A stretch of 64,000 nucleotides of DNA from Protoeuglena noctilucae (lineage: Eukaryota). A program made the translations under genes and the position numbers. Below the pieces are notes generated by a model. It had not been told where the DNA came from and made no database searches. It saw nothing but the letters and a program-made list of their open reading frames with translations. The DNA lies in NCBI GenBank assembly GCA_958009085.1, contig OY253673.1, forward strand, positions 1,364,001 to 1,428,000. Direction: 5' to 3'. Of the stretch, positions 1 to 13,379 are shown one piece after another (the stretch's first letter is position 1; each line of letters starts with the position of its first letter).

Positions 1-385
1 GAGTGGACCAGCTGAAGTACATGGCGCGGGAGATTGGGGAGGAGGCGCGGCAGCAGGGTGCCGTCATCGACGCCTTGGTGCGCACTGCAAATGCTCCCGC
101 AGCGACGCGCGCGCGCGGCGTTCGCGGCGCTCCGCATCTGCATCGTTGTAACAATTTCCTACTGCGCAGGAAGCGACGCTGGAGAAGGCGCGGGGAGCCC
201 TGCGGCAGGGCATGCGTGGCTTGAACCGCGTGTTTGCCCAGTCTCAGTCCAACCACATGATATACCTGCTGCTCTTCGCCCTCGCGATGTTCACGCTCGT
301 GCTGTTCTTCTCCCGCATCATCGGCATCGTGCGCTTCTTCGTCTGCATCCCCAGCGTCGTCTTCGGCTACTGCCACAAGCACTGA
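1..385 (+). CDS. Bet1-like/SFT1-type Qc-SNARE, 5'-truncated by the window edge (exons <1-77, 170-385)
   Basis: Spliced reading VDQLKYMAREIGEEARQQGAVIDAL|EATLEKARGALRQGMRGLNRVFAQSQSNHMIYLLLFALAMFTLVLFF. This is a SNARE heptad followed by an NH-hydrophobic C-terminal anchor, as in plant Bet1-like proteins. GT-AG intron 78-169, TGA at 383-385. Confidence 0.8.
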
Positions 386-591
386 GACACACTGGGTGCT
401 TTGCTGCTGCCTTTGCTGCCGCCACTGTCCCACACGCCCGTCCACTTCTCTAGTTTGTCGGCCGCTCATCTAGTCGGCCTTCCTTAGCAGAGTGAAAGAG
501 TTCACAGTGACTCCGCGCTTGCAGCTTGCCACGCCGTGCCGCTGCAAGCCCACCACACACCACCGCATGCCCCATCGCCCGCCAGGCGTCC

Positions 592-3500
592 CTAAGCCGC
601 AATGGCCTCCCCGCGCACTCCAGATCGCTTCTTAGCCGAACCCCCCGGCCTCGGCGCTGCTTCGTTGTTGACGCTCAGCGACCCCAGCAGCGACCGCACC
701 GCCTCCCTTTCAGATGCCTCTGACGCTGCGTCACCGCGGCTCTGCGTCTCCGATTCGTCGCGAGAGGCTGCGGGGGGGATGGGGGTGGATTGTAGGTGTG
801 ACTGGGCGGGGTGGGAGAGAGAGATGGCAGGGGACACTGACATGTGTGGGGGACATGGGACGGAGCATCCATGCACACCCCCTCCCACACCTACTCCCTC
901 GCCGGCACCTGCCCCATGCACTCCCACTCCACTCCCTCCCCCATACACGCCCACCCCCACTCACCCGCACCCTGCCCCTCCCCCTGCGGCCCATCCTCGA
1001 TGTCCACCAGGTCCACCCACTCGCGCGCATGGGGCGGCAGCCCCGCCTGCTCCTTCCAGTGATCGACAAGCTTCTTCAGTCGCATCATCTCCTTGCTTGA
1101 CTCGTTCTTGGTCACGCTGCAGGTGTGTGGGGGAGAGTGGTGGGTCAGGGGGGAGCAGTGCGTGTGGTTGTGTGTGGGAGGGGATGGAGATAAGATGGGA
1201 CGTGTTGGATGGCCATGTGGGGTGGGGTGTTGAGGTGATGTAAATGGGAAACATTGCGAGCCTCTGATGCGTGCTGCGAACTCGCGCTAGCCTTGGTCAC
1301 CACCACCGTCCTCCCTCCCCCATCTATCCCCTCGCCAGTTCTTGCTAATCCCCATTCCACCACTCCCCCTTCCCCGACTCATCCCCATACCCCCTCGCCT
1401 GTTCTTGATGGTCCGCACGCGCTGGGCATACGTGAGCGAGTTCTGCGTCTCGTCGAGGTTGCCGTCCGTGGGGGACACGTTGACGAACATGAGCGTCTTG
1501 GCGTTGCCGCCGAGCGAGTCGGACATCAGCATGGTCAGTTTTGAATTCCGGTAGGGCACGTGGGGGGTGCCGGAGGCCAGGGCCGAGATGACGTCCCCCA
1601 GCGCGCTCAGGGACTTGTTGATCGCCGCCGCCTCCTTCTGCTGCACGCCCTCGGAGCCGGACTTCTTGAGGCGCTCCGAGCCAGCCAGGTCCACGAAGGA
1701 GAGCTTGCCGCGAGTGACGGACTGCGGGGGTGGGGGGGTGGGGGTGGTGGGTGGGTTGACATGCGCGGGGTGGGGATGGGGTTGAGGGGTGGGTGAAGGG
1801 GATGGGCGTGGGGTGCTGGTAAGGGTGCGAGGTGCCGGTTTCGCTTCAGCACCGCTGTTAATGTCCAGTCGGGTTGATGGAAAGGTGCAGGGGTGGTGTC
1901 GCGAGTTGCCACAATCAGTCACACCCCTGCGTCACCACACGCCACCCCCGCTGCTGCACCCCGCTATGCCACGTCCCCTGCCATGCCACAACCCCCTCCC
2001 TCGCCTGTGTCTGCAGGTTGGTGGCCTCGACGACGATGGAGATGACGAGGTGGGAGCGCGAGGACTCGTGGTTCATGCGCGTGGCTGACACGGTCCGCTC
2101 GCCCACGCCCTTCTCAATCACCGCTGTCAGCTGGGCGGCTGACAGGGCTTCGATGGAAGTGGCTCCCTGCACCGTAACGAAGCCCTTCGGGTCTTTCTTG
2201 ACCTCCAGCTTGGGCAGCTTGACCTCCTCGCCTGCGGGTGCGTGATAGCAATTTGTAGGTGGGTGGGGTGGTGACATGGGGGATGCTGTGGGGTGACGCA
2301 GTGGGGGTGGGCGGGGTGGGTGACATGGGGCGCAAGGCACGAGGTGGGGTGCTTGCTACCTTGCCTGCTGGGTGGCACTGAATGGGTGGGGAGCCGAGGA
2401 ACAGTGCAAGAGGCGACAGTCACAAACTGGTACAGCATGTTACTGGTACACGTTACTAACGCCGTGCTATTCGCTGCGAGCACTCTCAGAGCACGACCAA
2501 TGCGTTACGCAAACCCTTCCCTCCCATCCCCCCCACTCGCCCGGGAAGCGCGGCTTGGGCGGGGGCGGCATGAGGAGGTCGACGAGCGTGTCCTGGTAGA
2601 GCTCGAGCATCTGCACTCGAATCTCAAACGCGAACTTGGCCGAATCACGATCGACGATGCGGAAGAGCTCGGCGACGCCGCGGGGACACAGGCCGGGGTG
2701 GGAGGGGCTGCCGTAGATGGTGTGGGTCTTGCCGGAGCCAGTCTGGCTGCGGAGAGGGGAGGATGGCAGTGGGGGTGTTGAGAGGTGTGGGCATGAGGGG
2801 GGAGGTGGGGGGTGTTAAGAGGTCTGAGCATGCGTGGCGCAGAGTGGGTGACACCTGTGACGAAGCACGTTAGCGATGCTTGTTCTGGTGAATGAGTTAC
2901 TCGCTCACCCGTACGCGAAGATGCACACGTTGTATCCGTCCACGGCCGACTGCACCAGGTGCTTGGTGTCCTCGAACACTGTGGGGGGGACGGGGCATGT
3001 GATGTGAGCGACAACAATGCTGAGGGAGGGTTGTGGTGGCTCTGTTACCACTTTCACAGGTGCTCCTCGACATATCAACTCTCAACGTCACCCCTTTCCA
3101 AACCCCACACCCCCTCTTGCATCTCTACCACCACCCCCACCATACCACCATACCACCCCACCCCCACCCCATCCCTCACCCGCCTCCTGGCCCTCGGCGT
3201 CCCCGAAGACCCTGTCGAACTCGTACGCCCGGTCCTTCTTCTCGTCCTTCCACGGATGAGCCACCGTGTACACGTCCGGCATGTGCAGCACGGACGCCTG
3301 CCCCGCCTTGCGCTCGCCCTCCAGCACGGGCCTCACGCGGGCGTACACGCGGATCTTGCCCTTCATGTCCTCCATGGCGTTCCAGTACTGCTTGCGCTTG
3401 AGCATCTCCTCCTTGTACAGAGCCTCCAGCTCCGAAAGGCGCTCGGCCTGGCGGCGGAGCACCTGGGGGGGCGTGGTTGGTGGGTGAGTAGGTGTTATGT

Positions 3501-4153
3501 TTGACATAGAGACTCTTGGCATGCAGGAAGCGATGGGGGGGGTGCAGAGTGAGGGTACGAGGGGTGGGTGTTCTGCTTGACAGAGACCCTAACCCTAACC
3601 CTTGACATCCCGCTCTGCGACCGCATGCTCGCTCTCATGTTCCCACCCCCCCAAAGCCCAACCCTAACACCCCAACCCCCTCGCCTTCTCCGTCTCCCCC
3701 TACCCCAACCCCCCTCCCCCCCCCCTCGCCATCACGTCCCGTCCTCCCCACCCCCAACCCCACCCCAACTCCCCCCCCACCTTCTCCGTCTCCCCCTGCT
3801 TCCTCTCCACGTCGTCCCTCATCGCCCTCAGCTCCTCCACCTCCTGCTCGTCCCTCACGTGCGACGCTACCTGGGACTGCAGCTCGTCCACTGCCGCCTG
3901 CAGCCGGGCCACCTGGGGCAGAGGGGGGAGGGGTTGGGAGTGGTCAATAACCAGGGACAGACACCGATAAGGCTAAATGATTGATGAGTCGATTGACTCT
4001 AACGCACAGAGCTGCTGCTCTTGGTCTCCCTGCCACGCAGCAAACAACCACCTCCCTGCTCTCAAACGCATTCCCCGCTCACTTCCCATCTAAGTTACCC
4101 CATCCCCTCATCTCCCATCCCCCCTCACCTCCTGCTGCGCCGCGTCGCGCTCG

Positions 4154-4187
<34 letters not shown>

Positions 4188-7100
4188 CCACGCGACGCTC
4201 CGCCGCCTCCGCCTCCCGGCGCAGGTCCTCAGAAGCCACCTCCCGCTCCCGCTCCGCACGCCGCCGCGCCTCGCCCAGCAGCCGCTCCGCTTCCACGCGC
4301 GCCCCCTCGGCCGCCCCCTTCGCCGCCTCCGCTGCCGCCGCCCGCGCCCTCTCGCCCTCCAGCTCCTGCCGCGCGCGCTCCAGCTGCTCTTCCGCCGCGC
4401 GCGCCTCCTCCGCGGGCACCGTCCCCGCCAGGCGACGCGACGCGGCCTCCTCGGTCGATCGGAGGCGGTCGGACTGAAGGGGCGGGGGCGGGGTGGGGGT
4501 TGTTCAGTGCATATGAGATGACACCGGATGCACAGACACAGGTACAAGCACCGTTGTAACTGTGCCCCCGGTTTGAGAGCTGAGACAGTGGCGGTGCAGC
4601 CATGAGACCGGCATGGCCACCGCCCCTCCAAGCTCAGCCTGCCAACTACGCACCCCCCCCTGCCTCTCACCAGCGCCGCCACCTCGGCCTCGAGCTGCCC
4701 GGCCCGCGCCAGCGCCCCCTCGAGCTGCTGCGCCGCCTCGGCCGCGCGCCTCTCGGCTCCCGCCAGCTGCTCTTCTAACTCCACCACCGCCCCCTCCAGC
4801 CTGGCCGCCGCCGCCGCCCCTTCCTCCGCCCTCTGTGCGGCCGCGTCCCTCGCCGCCTCCGCCTCGCGCAGCGCCTCCTGCAGCGCCTGCACGCGCTGGG
4901 CGGCGGCGGCGCCCGCAGCCGCGACGGCGGTCTGCGCGTGCTGGGCCTGCTGGGCGGCCGCCAGTCGCTTCTGCCGGGTGGCCAGGACGTCGTGGATGTG
5001 GGCCTGCAGCGTTCCGCAGATGTCCTCGCCCTGCTTTGTCGAGAACTGGAACATGTGCAGGTCGCCCGCCATGCGCATCTTGAAGAAGGCCGCTGCGAGT
5101 GGTGTGGGAAGGGGCGGGTGTGGGTGTGTGTGGGCGCTGGTCAGCGATGCGCATGTTGATGAGAACATGCATGCAACAGACCCGATCGTTTTGACGGAAG
5201 ATCAGTTACCACCAAGACAACCAAATGGGCCACCCAGGCAGGCGCTTGTCGGTCCGGCGATGCGCACGCGACGACCGACAGTCGCATGCCGCTCCCAACC
5301 CCCCTTGCCAGCTCCCTCACCCGAGGTGGAGCTGCCGAACTGCATGATGTCGCGGAGCTCGACCGAGTGGAGGTGCTCCCGGGGCCTCAGGCGGAAGAAG
5401 TGGAGGCCGTTCTTGTTCACGCCCAGCACGAGCGCCTCAGGGAGCAGCCCCAACGGGTCCGTGTGGCGGCGGACGGGGAAGAAGAGCGCGTTGCCGTACG
5501 TCAGGCCGCGGAGGGCCCGCAGGAAGGCCCGGCGGGCGTCGTCGGCGGGGGCAGTCGACCCGGACCCACGCAGCGTGCCCAGCGCCCTCGCCACCTCGGC
5601 CTCCCAGGATCCCTCGCCGGGGCCCCCCGCAGCCGAGAGCTTGGTGCCCAACAGGCGGCGGTGGACGTAGCGCTGGCACAGGGGGCGTACGGCGTCCTCG
5701 GTCGCCGGGATGTCGTCGCCCGATGCCACGATCTGCGGGGGCGGTGCACGCGGGGTGGGGCTGGGCGGTGCGCGTGGGGTGCGGAAATGGGGTACAGCAA
5801 CGCGGGGTTGCCGGATTGGGACGCTTCCGGGCTGGGATCGCGCGTGGCGCCCAGACACTGCCGCTGAGAGAGCGTGGGCGTCGCACGCATGTCATGTTGT
5901 GTCGCAGCCGCGTCACTGGCCTGGAGTGCGCAGAGGGTGACGGCCTGCGTCCGGTCGACGGGGTAGGCCCCCCAGAGGTAGTCGTCCTGCGCCTGGGCGT
6001 ACGACAGCTCCAGGAACTTGGGGTCCTCCACCGCCTCGTCCGAGTCCCTGCCAGGCACGCGGGTGGTTGTTTGTTGTTGGTTAGTTTGATTGATTGAATG
6101 TTTGACTGTTGTTTAGATGAGGGGTAGGGATGGTGAGGGTCCGTGGGACAGCCATGGCAATGAGGGCGACGACAGCGATGTTGGTAGCAACCCATTCATG
6201 TCCACGCTCATCCTGATGCACGCCATGGAATGCGCCACAGCATCATGGCAGGCACCGAGCGCGTCGCGGCCCTGCCAAAACCCACTCACCGGAAGAGCTT
6301 GCGCTTGAAGAGGAGGCGGAGGGTGCGGGGAGCCTTGCCGGTCTCGGCGGCGCGCCCGGCCTGGAGGGCAGCCACGGCGTCAGCGATGCGGGAGCGGTCG
6401 TCCAGCACAGCGTCAGTCTCCTCACCCGAGTCGTCCTGCAAAGGGGGTGGCGAGGGACGTGAGGGGGCAACAGCTGTGGCGGGGGGCGGTTGCAGGGCGT
6501 GCACGGGCCATGCAGTGCAGACGCCAAAGCAAGCGCGTGGGGTGGCAAGCCGTCCCGAATCGCGGCGGTTCGGGTCCATGCGAGGCGTGAGTCGCTTCTC
6601 GCCTGGACGTTCTGCCGCGGCACGTTGCTGCTCTCGAAGATTCCAAAGGTCTGGGGGGCCGTGAGGCCGATGGCGGCGGCGACCTGGTCCACCACCTCGC
6701 GCATGGTGGTCCCCATCGAGAAGTGCACCTCCTCAAAGGTGCCGTCTGCAGGGGACGCAAAGGTCACGAATGCGGGTCAGGCATGCATGTCGATGCGGGG
6801 GGCGACTGGTAGTACCCATCACCCCTGCCGAGATCGCGTGCAGGACAGCGCAAGGAGGCAGCTGCGGCCTTCTTGCGGGTCTACATAGCCGCCACCGCTC
6901 CGCATGTGCCATTTCATGGGAGTGGGACTGACCGAGGAAGTAGACCATCGTGCGGAGGTGGCGCCCATCCAGGAAGGCCTCGATCTCATCGACGGAGGGC
7001 GGGGACCGGCGGGGGCTGTTCTTGCAGGACCGCTTGAGCATCTGGAAGCTGCGGGCGGCCGCGGCGGCCACCCCCTGGGGCACCGCCGCACTCGCCGACA

Positions 7101-7860
7101 CCCCCTGCACATACTCGGCCACGGTCGTCTGGTGCTCCTGCATCGGGCACGTGCACGCGCACATCATGCCCATCAGCTCCCAGGCCCTGCGGACAGAGTG
7201 GGGGTCTTTGGCTCGGGACGTCAGCGGTCGGCGCAGGGCGGCGGGGGATGGCGACGTGACCTGCGATGTGACCTGCACGCGCTGCACTACAAGGCAGGTC
7301 AGCGGCCTCGCTCAGGGCCTGACAGGAAGTCTGCCGCTCGCCTGAGCAGGGATGCGGGGTCCGGGTTGCCCCGCGTCTGGCGGATGAGCTGGAAAAAGAC
7401 CTCGGTGGCCACGTCGGGGCGCTTGAGGGCTGTGTGGATGATGCGGGAGGCGGTGGCGACGCGGTTGGAGGGGTCCGCCGCGCGGTCGAGGCAGTACTCC
7501 TCGATCCCGGCCGCGACGCGGACCGCGCGCTCCGCCGCGTCGCGCGGCATCCGCAGAAGGGGCACCGTGAGGGGCTCGGCCGAGTAGGTGAGCAGCCGGC
7601 TCAGGGCGAGCGCCTCTGCGGAACAGCGGAGAAGCACATGGCGGCATACTAAGCTGACGTGCGGCGGGAGGGCGCGGCGGGCCGGGGGCGGAGCGGGCCA
7701 GGGTCCGCAGGACGGAGCGACGCGTCGTCACATCAACCACGCGCGCCGGACCTTCCGGGAGCTGCGCGCTGCCGATGAGGATGCTGGCGTCGATGGGTGC
7801 GCCAATGTGCCCGACCTCCTCCATCTTGCCCGGCGTCCTCGGGCCGGGAGACAACATCAT
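592..7860 (-). CDS. KCBP: Kinesin-like calmodulin-binding protein (kinesin-14 with MyTH4-FERM tail), about 17 exons
   Basis: MyTH4 ([20 protein letters not shown]), FERM ([40 protein letters not shown]), a coiled coil, and a C-terminal motor ([51 protein letters not shown]). CaM-binding helix [19 protein letters not shown]. Start at 7860 inferred. Confidence 0.95.
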
Positions 7861-8768
7861 CTCTGCGGGCACGGCCTGGACTCGGATGGCGCGAACGCGG
7901 CGGGAAATCCCGTCCAAGCGGTGCGCGTCGAGGTCAGCGAACGCTGGGGGCAAGAGGGCGAGCGCGCCGGGCCCGCGCGGATCCCCGAGCTTTCAAAAAG
8001 CCGCCAATGTCAGCCATGACAGGGGGCCCCCGATGGAAGCGAGGGGGGCCCCAACGCGGCCCGTTTCGACGGCACCGATAGGAATACATCCCAAGTAACG
8101 GGATGGGATGCGCGCAGGCGCGCCAGGCGCGACCGCGAACGAGGGGGGCCCAAATGTTGGGCCCCTCCCGCGCGTCGCTGCCCGCGCGCGGCCATACTTG
8201 ACAGCGATGCGCAAATTTATGCGAGCGACGATTCGCGACGACCGAAGGAATCGCAGAGGGCCCATATGTGACGGGCCGAGCGTGAAGGGCAGCCCTGGCG
8301 CGCCCACTCGCCTCTCCTGCTCGGCGTCCCGCTGGCCATGATCGCGACTTCTTCACCTATCACCCCGGCGGGGTCGTCGTCCCCAGTCCCGCGCCACGCG
8401 TCGCGGTCTGGGCTCAAAGTGCACGAGCTCGGACAGGAGCGCTCGAGCGGCGGGCCGCTCGTGACGGGAAGCGATCTGCCGGCCGAATGCACCTTTTGCG
8501 GGGCCATGGAGGTCCCCCTCGTCGATGTCGGGAAACCCTCGCTTCTGGCAAGAGTCAAATCGGCCTCAGCTGCCCCAGCCAACGGCACCATGATGCAAAT
8601 GACCGCGATTGTGGCACCGCACCGTGGCGCATTTGCTTCCATCACGTCCTTCTCTAGACCGGTCACCGGAGCAACCGATCTGGTGGACTGCGGGTGATCC
8701 CCGGGACACAGTCTTGGCACGCGGGACCCTGGGCGTCGCATCGGTGCCGCGTGGCGGGGCCTGCCAGG

Positions 8769-10733
8769 ATGGGCATCGAGAACCGGGAGGAGGCGGCCAA
8801 GTGCCTGCGCATCGCGCGCAGGTGAGCGTGCGGCCGACTCCTTGCATCCCATACTCTTGCTCAGCCCTGGCGATCCCGCCTGCCTGACCCTGGGGACCCC
8901 GCCAAGGGCGCATCGCAGCGAGTGTCCACAACGCAGCTGAGGACGTGGCCGCGGTCCACTCGCCGCCGCGCTCGGCTGCGCGAACACGTTGCGTCCTTGT
9001 TCATGAAGCATGCGCTGCCTGACCCTGCTCGCCGGACTCTCTGCGCAGCGCGCTGGAGCTGGGCGACCTCGCCAAGGCCCAGCGGTTCGCCGAGAAGGCG
9101 GAGGGGATGTACGAGACGCAGGAGGCGAAGGACATTTTGCAGGCAATAGCGAAGAAGTCATCGGCGAACGGCGCGGCGGAGGGAGAGCCCCGGCGGCGAG
9201 GCCACCCATCTAAGGAGCAGGCGGGCCCCAGCACGAGCCAAGGGCAGAAGCGGTGCGCTGCGCTGCGCCGGCCAGGTCTGCCGCGTGAAGTTCCGAGCAT
9301 CACATGTGAGGGACGCGACGTGACCCGCTCGCATTGGCCCGCAGGGGTGCCGGGGCTGCTCGTGACCCGGATGCGGGGACGCCGGAGCAGAAGGCATTGG
9401 TCAGGCGGATCTTATCCACCAAGGATTACTACGAGATCTTGGGTGTGAACAAGGCGAGTGGCGGGCGCGGTCTGCGTGGGCCTCGCGCTCGGCCCGGCAT
9501 GCCTTTCGCATGCGCAGCTGCACGGGCGAGGGCTTGACGATCGCGAGGGCCCCCGCCGCTGCGCGCAGGACGTGACGGAGGACGGCATCAAGAAAGCGTA
9601 CCGGAAACTGGCCCTGAAGATCCACCCTGACAAGTGCTCGGCGGCCGGGACGGAGGAGGCGTTCAAGCTGGTGTCGACGGCCTTCTCTGTCCTCAGCGAT
9701 CCCGACAAGAAGGCCGACTACGACCGGTGGGGCCCGAACGGGCCACCGACCATGGCCGCCGGCCCGCGCGGGCACCCGGGAGGCTTCGGGGTTTCGGAGG
9801 ACGAGGCCGAGCGCATCTTCCGTATGTTCTTCGGGGTGAGTGTTTACTGGCACAGCCAGTCCACCATGATATGATAGCAGCTGTGACCTTGTCACTTCTC
9901 ACTTGTCCTGTTCTCTGTGAGGTCGTGACAAGCGCGGCGAACAGCAGGGCCGGCAACCGGTGGGGTGTCGGGCCGCCGCAGGGTGGGCCGTTCGGCTTTG
10001 CTGATGAGGACATCAGCCAAGTGTTCATTGGGCCAGGCGGGCGGGTGTACCGGCGCAGGACGGCAGGGAACGCGGGGGGGGCGCGGCAAGAGCAGCGACC
10101 GCCCAATCCCCAGGTGAGACACTGTCATGCGGAGGTGGCCCGACACGCCTAGTGTGTGCAAGTTTGTTTCCTTTCATCTCATGGTCATGGCTGCGATGCC
10201 CAGCCTCCCATCACCGCCTGCGGACCCTGTGCTATCCGCACCACACCCTCTCCCCAACCCCGCCACAGGATGCCATGGTGGAGATGATGGTGCGCCTGCT
10301 CTTCCTCCTGCCCCTCCTATGGCTCGTGGGAGGGTGGTTCATGAGCGGCAGCGCGCCGGCCTACCGGTTCGAGCCCGTGCCCGGGTACAAGCACCCGCTG
10401 CAGACGCCGCTGGGCGTGAGGTACTTTGTCGAGTCTCCCGAGCACTTCCATGCCACGTATCCCGTGGCCTCGCGCAAGCTGCAGCAGCTGGAGGAGTCGA
10501 TCAATCTCCAGTGGTGTGCTGAGATGGAGGAGCGGTGCTCGCACGAGAAGCACCAGGCGAGCGTCTGGCACAGCCGGGGCTACTCGATGGAGTACATCAA
10601 GTCGCGGCCCATGCCGGGGTGCCAGGAGCTGCTGGACAAGTTCGGGATTCTGGCGGTCAAGTGGCTGGTCAAGACGCCGCCCATCACGCCCGTCAACATC
10701 AAGCCAGCCAGTGCGGCGAAGGGGGCGGCATGA
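8769..10733 (+). CDS. DNAJB12/14-type ER-membrane J-domain protein, 6 exons
   Basis: N-terminus MGIENREEAAKCLRIA; J-domain DYYEILGV..KKAYRKLALKIHPDK; G/F-rich stretch; one TM segment (LLFLLPLLWLVGGWF); luminal domain with two Cys. Introns 8822-9048, 9253-9344 and 9454-9568 (GC-AG), plus two more starting at 9836 and 10114. Confidence 0.9.
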
Positions 10734-10797
10734 CGTATGGGCAGAGGGCGGGGTGGGGGCGTGCGGGCTACCAGAGGCGAGCGCGGCTGGCCGTGGC

Positions 10798-12232
10798 CTA
10801 GCCGGGCAGCCCCGAGGGCCACGCCATGGCCAGGGTGGCCGCGAAGCATATCTGCGCCACGTTGATCGCGTCATTGGTCAGCCAGGGAGCTCGTCCCTGG
10901 ATGGTCGCCCCGATGTATGATTCCGCGAAGTTGGCCGCGATGGCCGCCCCCGCTGCCACGACCGCCTGCCCGGGGGTGACCTGGCCCAGTGCCAAGGCCA
11001 GCGCTGAGAAGAGCACGGCTGCGGCCAGGCCGGCTGCGGTGCCCTCCAGGCTCACGGCGCCCTCTGTGCCGGGCTCCACCCTGGGAGGGGCGATGCGAGC
11101 GGGTGGGTGCGCGACGTGGGCAGGGGCGGGCGCGCGTGGGCTCGGGACGCTGGCAATCAGGCGCGCCCAGCTAGCGCATGCCGCAGGAGGCCCCAGGCTG
11201 CCGCGCCACCCTCACCTCTTGAACGTCGTGACCAAGTACGGCGTCTTGCCGAACGCCTTGCCCAGCTCGCTGCTGACCGTGTCCGACAGCTTGCTCGTGA
11301 GGCTGGCCACAAATCCGAGGCGCCAGGGCGCATCGGTGCCGGTCGCCAGCGCAACGCAGGCGCACGCCATGGCCGCTGCGGGGTAACCATCACCGTCAAC
11401 AGTTACGTGCGGGGCCATGACCCGTAAGCGACGGTGCGCATAGCACGACACGACCAACAGCACATCCCACGCCCGCTTGCAACTGACGCCACACTCACCC
11501 AGTCCCGATCCCCACACGCTCCCCGGCCCCCTCCGCCCGCTCCGCTTCTCCGCGATGCCCTTTCGTTCCTTCTCCTCCATCTTGACCTTCGTGGCCAGCG
11601 ACCCCAGCACAAAGTACAGGCACACCATGGCATAGCCGCCGAGGCCGAAGGCGGAGAGGACGGCGGAGCCGAGGAGCCACGAGTGCAGGACGCCGCTCCA
11701 CGTCAGGCCGCGCAGGAGGACTTGGATGCCTGGGCACGGTGGAAGGCGACATGTGAGCCATTGGTGCCTGACATCTCTGGCAGACCAGGGTCGGCAGCCG
11801 GGTCCTCTGGAGACATCGGCATCCATGCAGACGAGAGGGGGACAAGAGGAGCGCAGCGCAGTGACACCTCACCGACAACGAAGACGGCTGTGTTGGCCGC
11901 CACGCCCGCTGCCACGCCCGGCATCGGAAGGCCCAGTGCATGGCTCAGGGGTGCCAGTGACTCGAGGCTCCATCGGCATCGGATGTCGGACGCAGTCCTG
12001 CGATCAACCGGGGCCCGCCCCGCAGCCGAGACCCCTCGCCAGTGGCGGCTATGGACGGGGCTTGGTGCCTGCGGCAAGCAATCGAGCAAGCGAGGCAAAT
12101 GTCGCCCTGGAGAGAGACGAGAGAGGACCGCGGCCTGGCAGCGGCTACGTCGCGAGTCATGCAATCGAGCCCGACGATCCGTTGCCCGCAGCGAGGCTGG
12201 GAGGGCCCGGCTGAGTGGGCCTCAACCACCAT
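10798..12232 (-). CDS. VTE6: Phytyl-phosphate kinase VTE6 (DUF92/TMEM19 family); 5' end uncertain
   Basis: Exons encode ATKVKMEEKERKGIAEKRSGRRGPGSVWGSG, GFVASLTSKLSDTVSSELGKAFGKTPYLVTT, VEPGTEGAVSLEGTAAG and ANFAESYIGATIQ, all characteristic of VTE6. The N-terminus is transit-peptide-like. Confidence 0.9.
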
Positions 12233-12941
12233 GTGCTTCTCGCGACATCACGCCGCCTCCTGCCTGTCGGGCCCGGCAGAACAGACGTCACTATCGGCAA
12301 ACTCACATCCAGCGGCAGAGACGGCGGCGGCGGGCGTCGAAGAGCGCGGGGCCCGCACCCTCGCACCTTGTTGCGCCTCAGCTCCGACGCCCTCCGCGGC
12401 GCCGGCGGTCGCGCGGGCGCCGAGACGTGCATTGGTCCTCAAGGGTCTCGACGGCGGGAGCCGAGGCGCGAGCTCCCTGCCAAAAAAGGGCAGGAGGCGG
12501 GGCACGCACGAGGCCGGCGCGCCGCGAGCGATGGCCGCCGATCGGCCGTGCCGCGCCGGCGTATGGGGCGTCCAGAGGGAAGCTCGGAGGTATGTGCGGC
12601 TTTGTGGACAGGAATATGACGCCTGGCCAGGGGAATCGTCGCCGCAGGGCGGTCTGGAAGCAGCACTGCTGGGGGGCCCCGGTGCCTCGGCGGAGCTGCG
12701 GGGCCCTGCAGGGTCCCGGCCTGGGTCGACGGGCCAGCGAGATCGCACGATCCTAATTGCAGCGTATCGGGAGTTAAACACAAAAGTTAGCGAAGCCATT
12801 TAGAGCCCGCAACGCCCAACGAGCTGACGCGAGTCGGCTCCTGACGCTTGGGGCATCCCGGGCCCGGCTCGGGCGCCAGCACGTCAAAGCGCGCCGCGTA
12901 GCCCCGTCCGCGAGCAGATTATCTTCGACGGAAACGTCCTG

Positions 12942-13352
12942 GTGAGTCGCTGAGCGCCGCGGATGCCTGGCAAGGGCGTTTGGCGGGGGGCGTTGCCTGG
13001 GCGGGAGGCGGGCCGTGCCGGCCCCTCCCGGCCCGTACGCGGGCTCCGGGACCGCCCTGCGCCGCGCTTTTCCCTCACTCGAGCGCTGGGAGGCGCCTGC
13101 GTGCCCCCATCTCGCGCCGGGCCCCGTTTGATTTTCGCCGAGCTGGGGGCCGATTCCCCGCATCTCCGCACGCGCCGGGGCCCTGGAGTCCCCACGCGCC
13201 TCCTTCTCGCCTGATTTGCTCGCGGGGAGCGCGTGAAGGGCGCCTCACCGGCCCTCACGCCGGCCTCGCTCCCCCAGCTTCTGCCCAGGCCCCTGGGCCC
13301 CGCCTCCCCGGCCCCTCCGCCCCGCCACGCCGCCCGCTCCGCGCCCCCGCAG
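12942..13352 (+). other. Probable 5'-UTR intron of the HMG-box gene
   Basis: G|GTGAGT at 12942 and CCCCCGCAG|GT at 13352, ending 27 nt before the ATG. No coding exon was identified upstream. Confidence 0.6.
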
Positions 13353-13379
13353 GTCCACCAGACGGAGAAGAGCGTCAAC

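Noticed and set aside
3586..3667. ACCCTAACCCTAACCC telomere-like hexamers
   Set aside because: Only 2-3 units inside a low-complexity KCBP intron; too short to call an interstitial telomere.
8217..8700. Antiparallel ORFs (8338-8697 + and part of 8217-9209 -) between KCBP and DnaJ
   Set aside because: No recognisable motif or splice pattern. ORFs of this length arise readily at this GC content, and the region is probably promoter or UTR.
11434..12803. Long R/P/G/A-rich ORFs (440 aa, 253 aa) and similar shadow ORFs throughout the track
   Set aside because: These are antisense or alternative-frame shadows of real genes or of GC-rich intergenic DNA, with no domain features.
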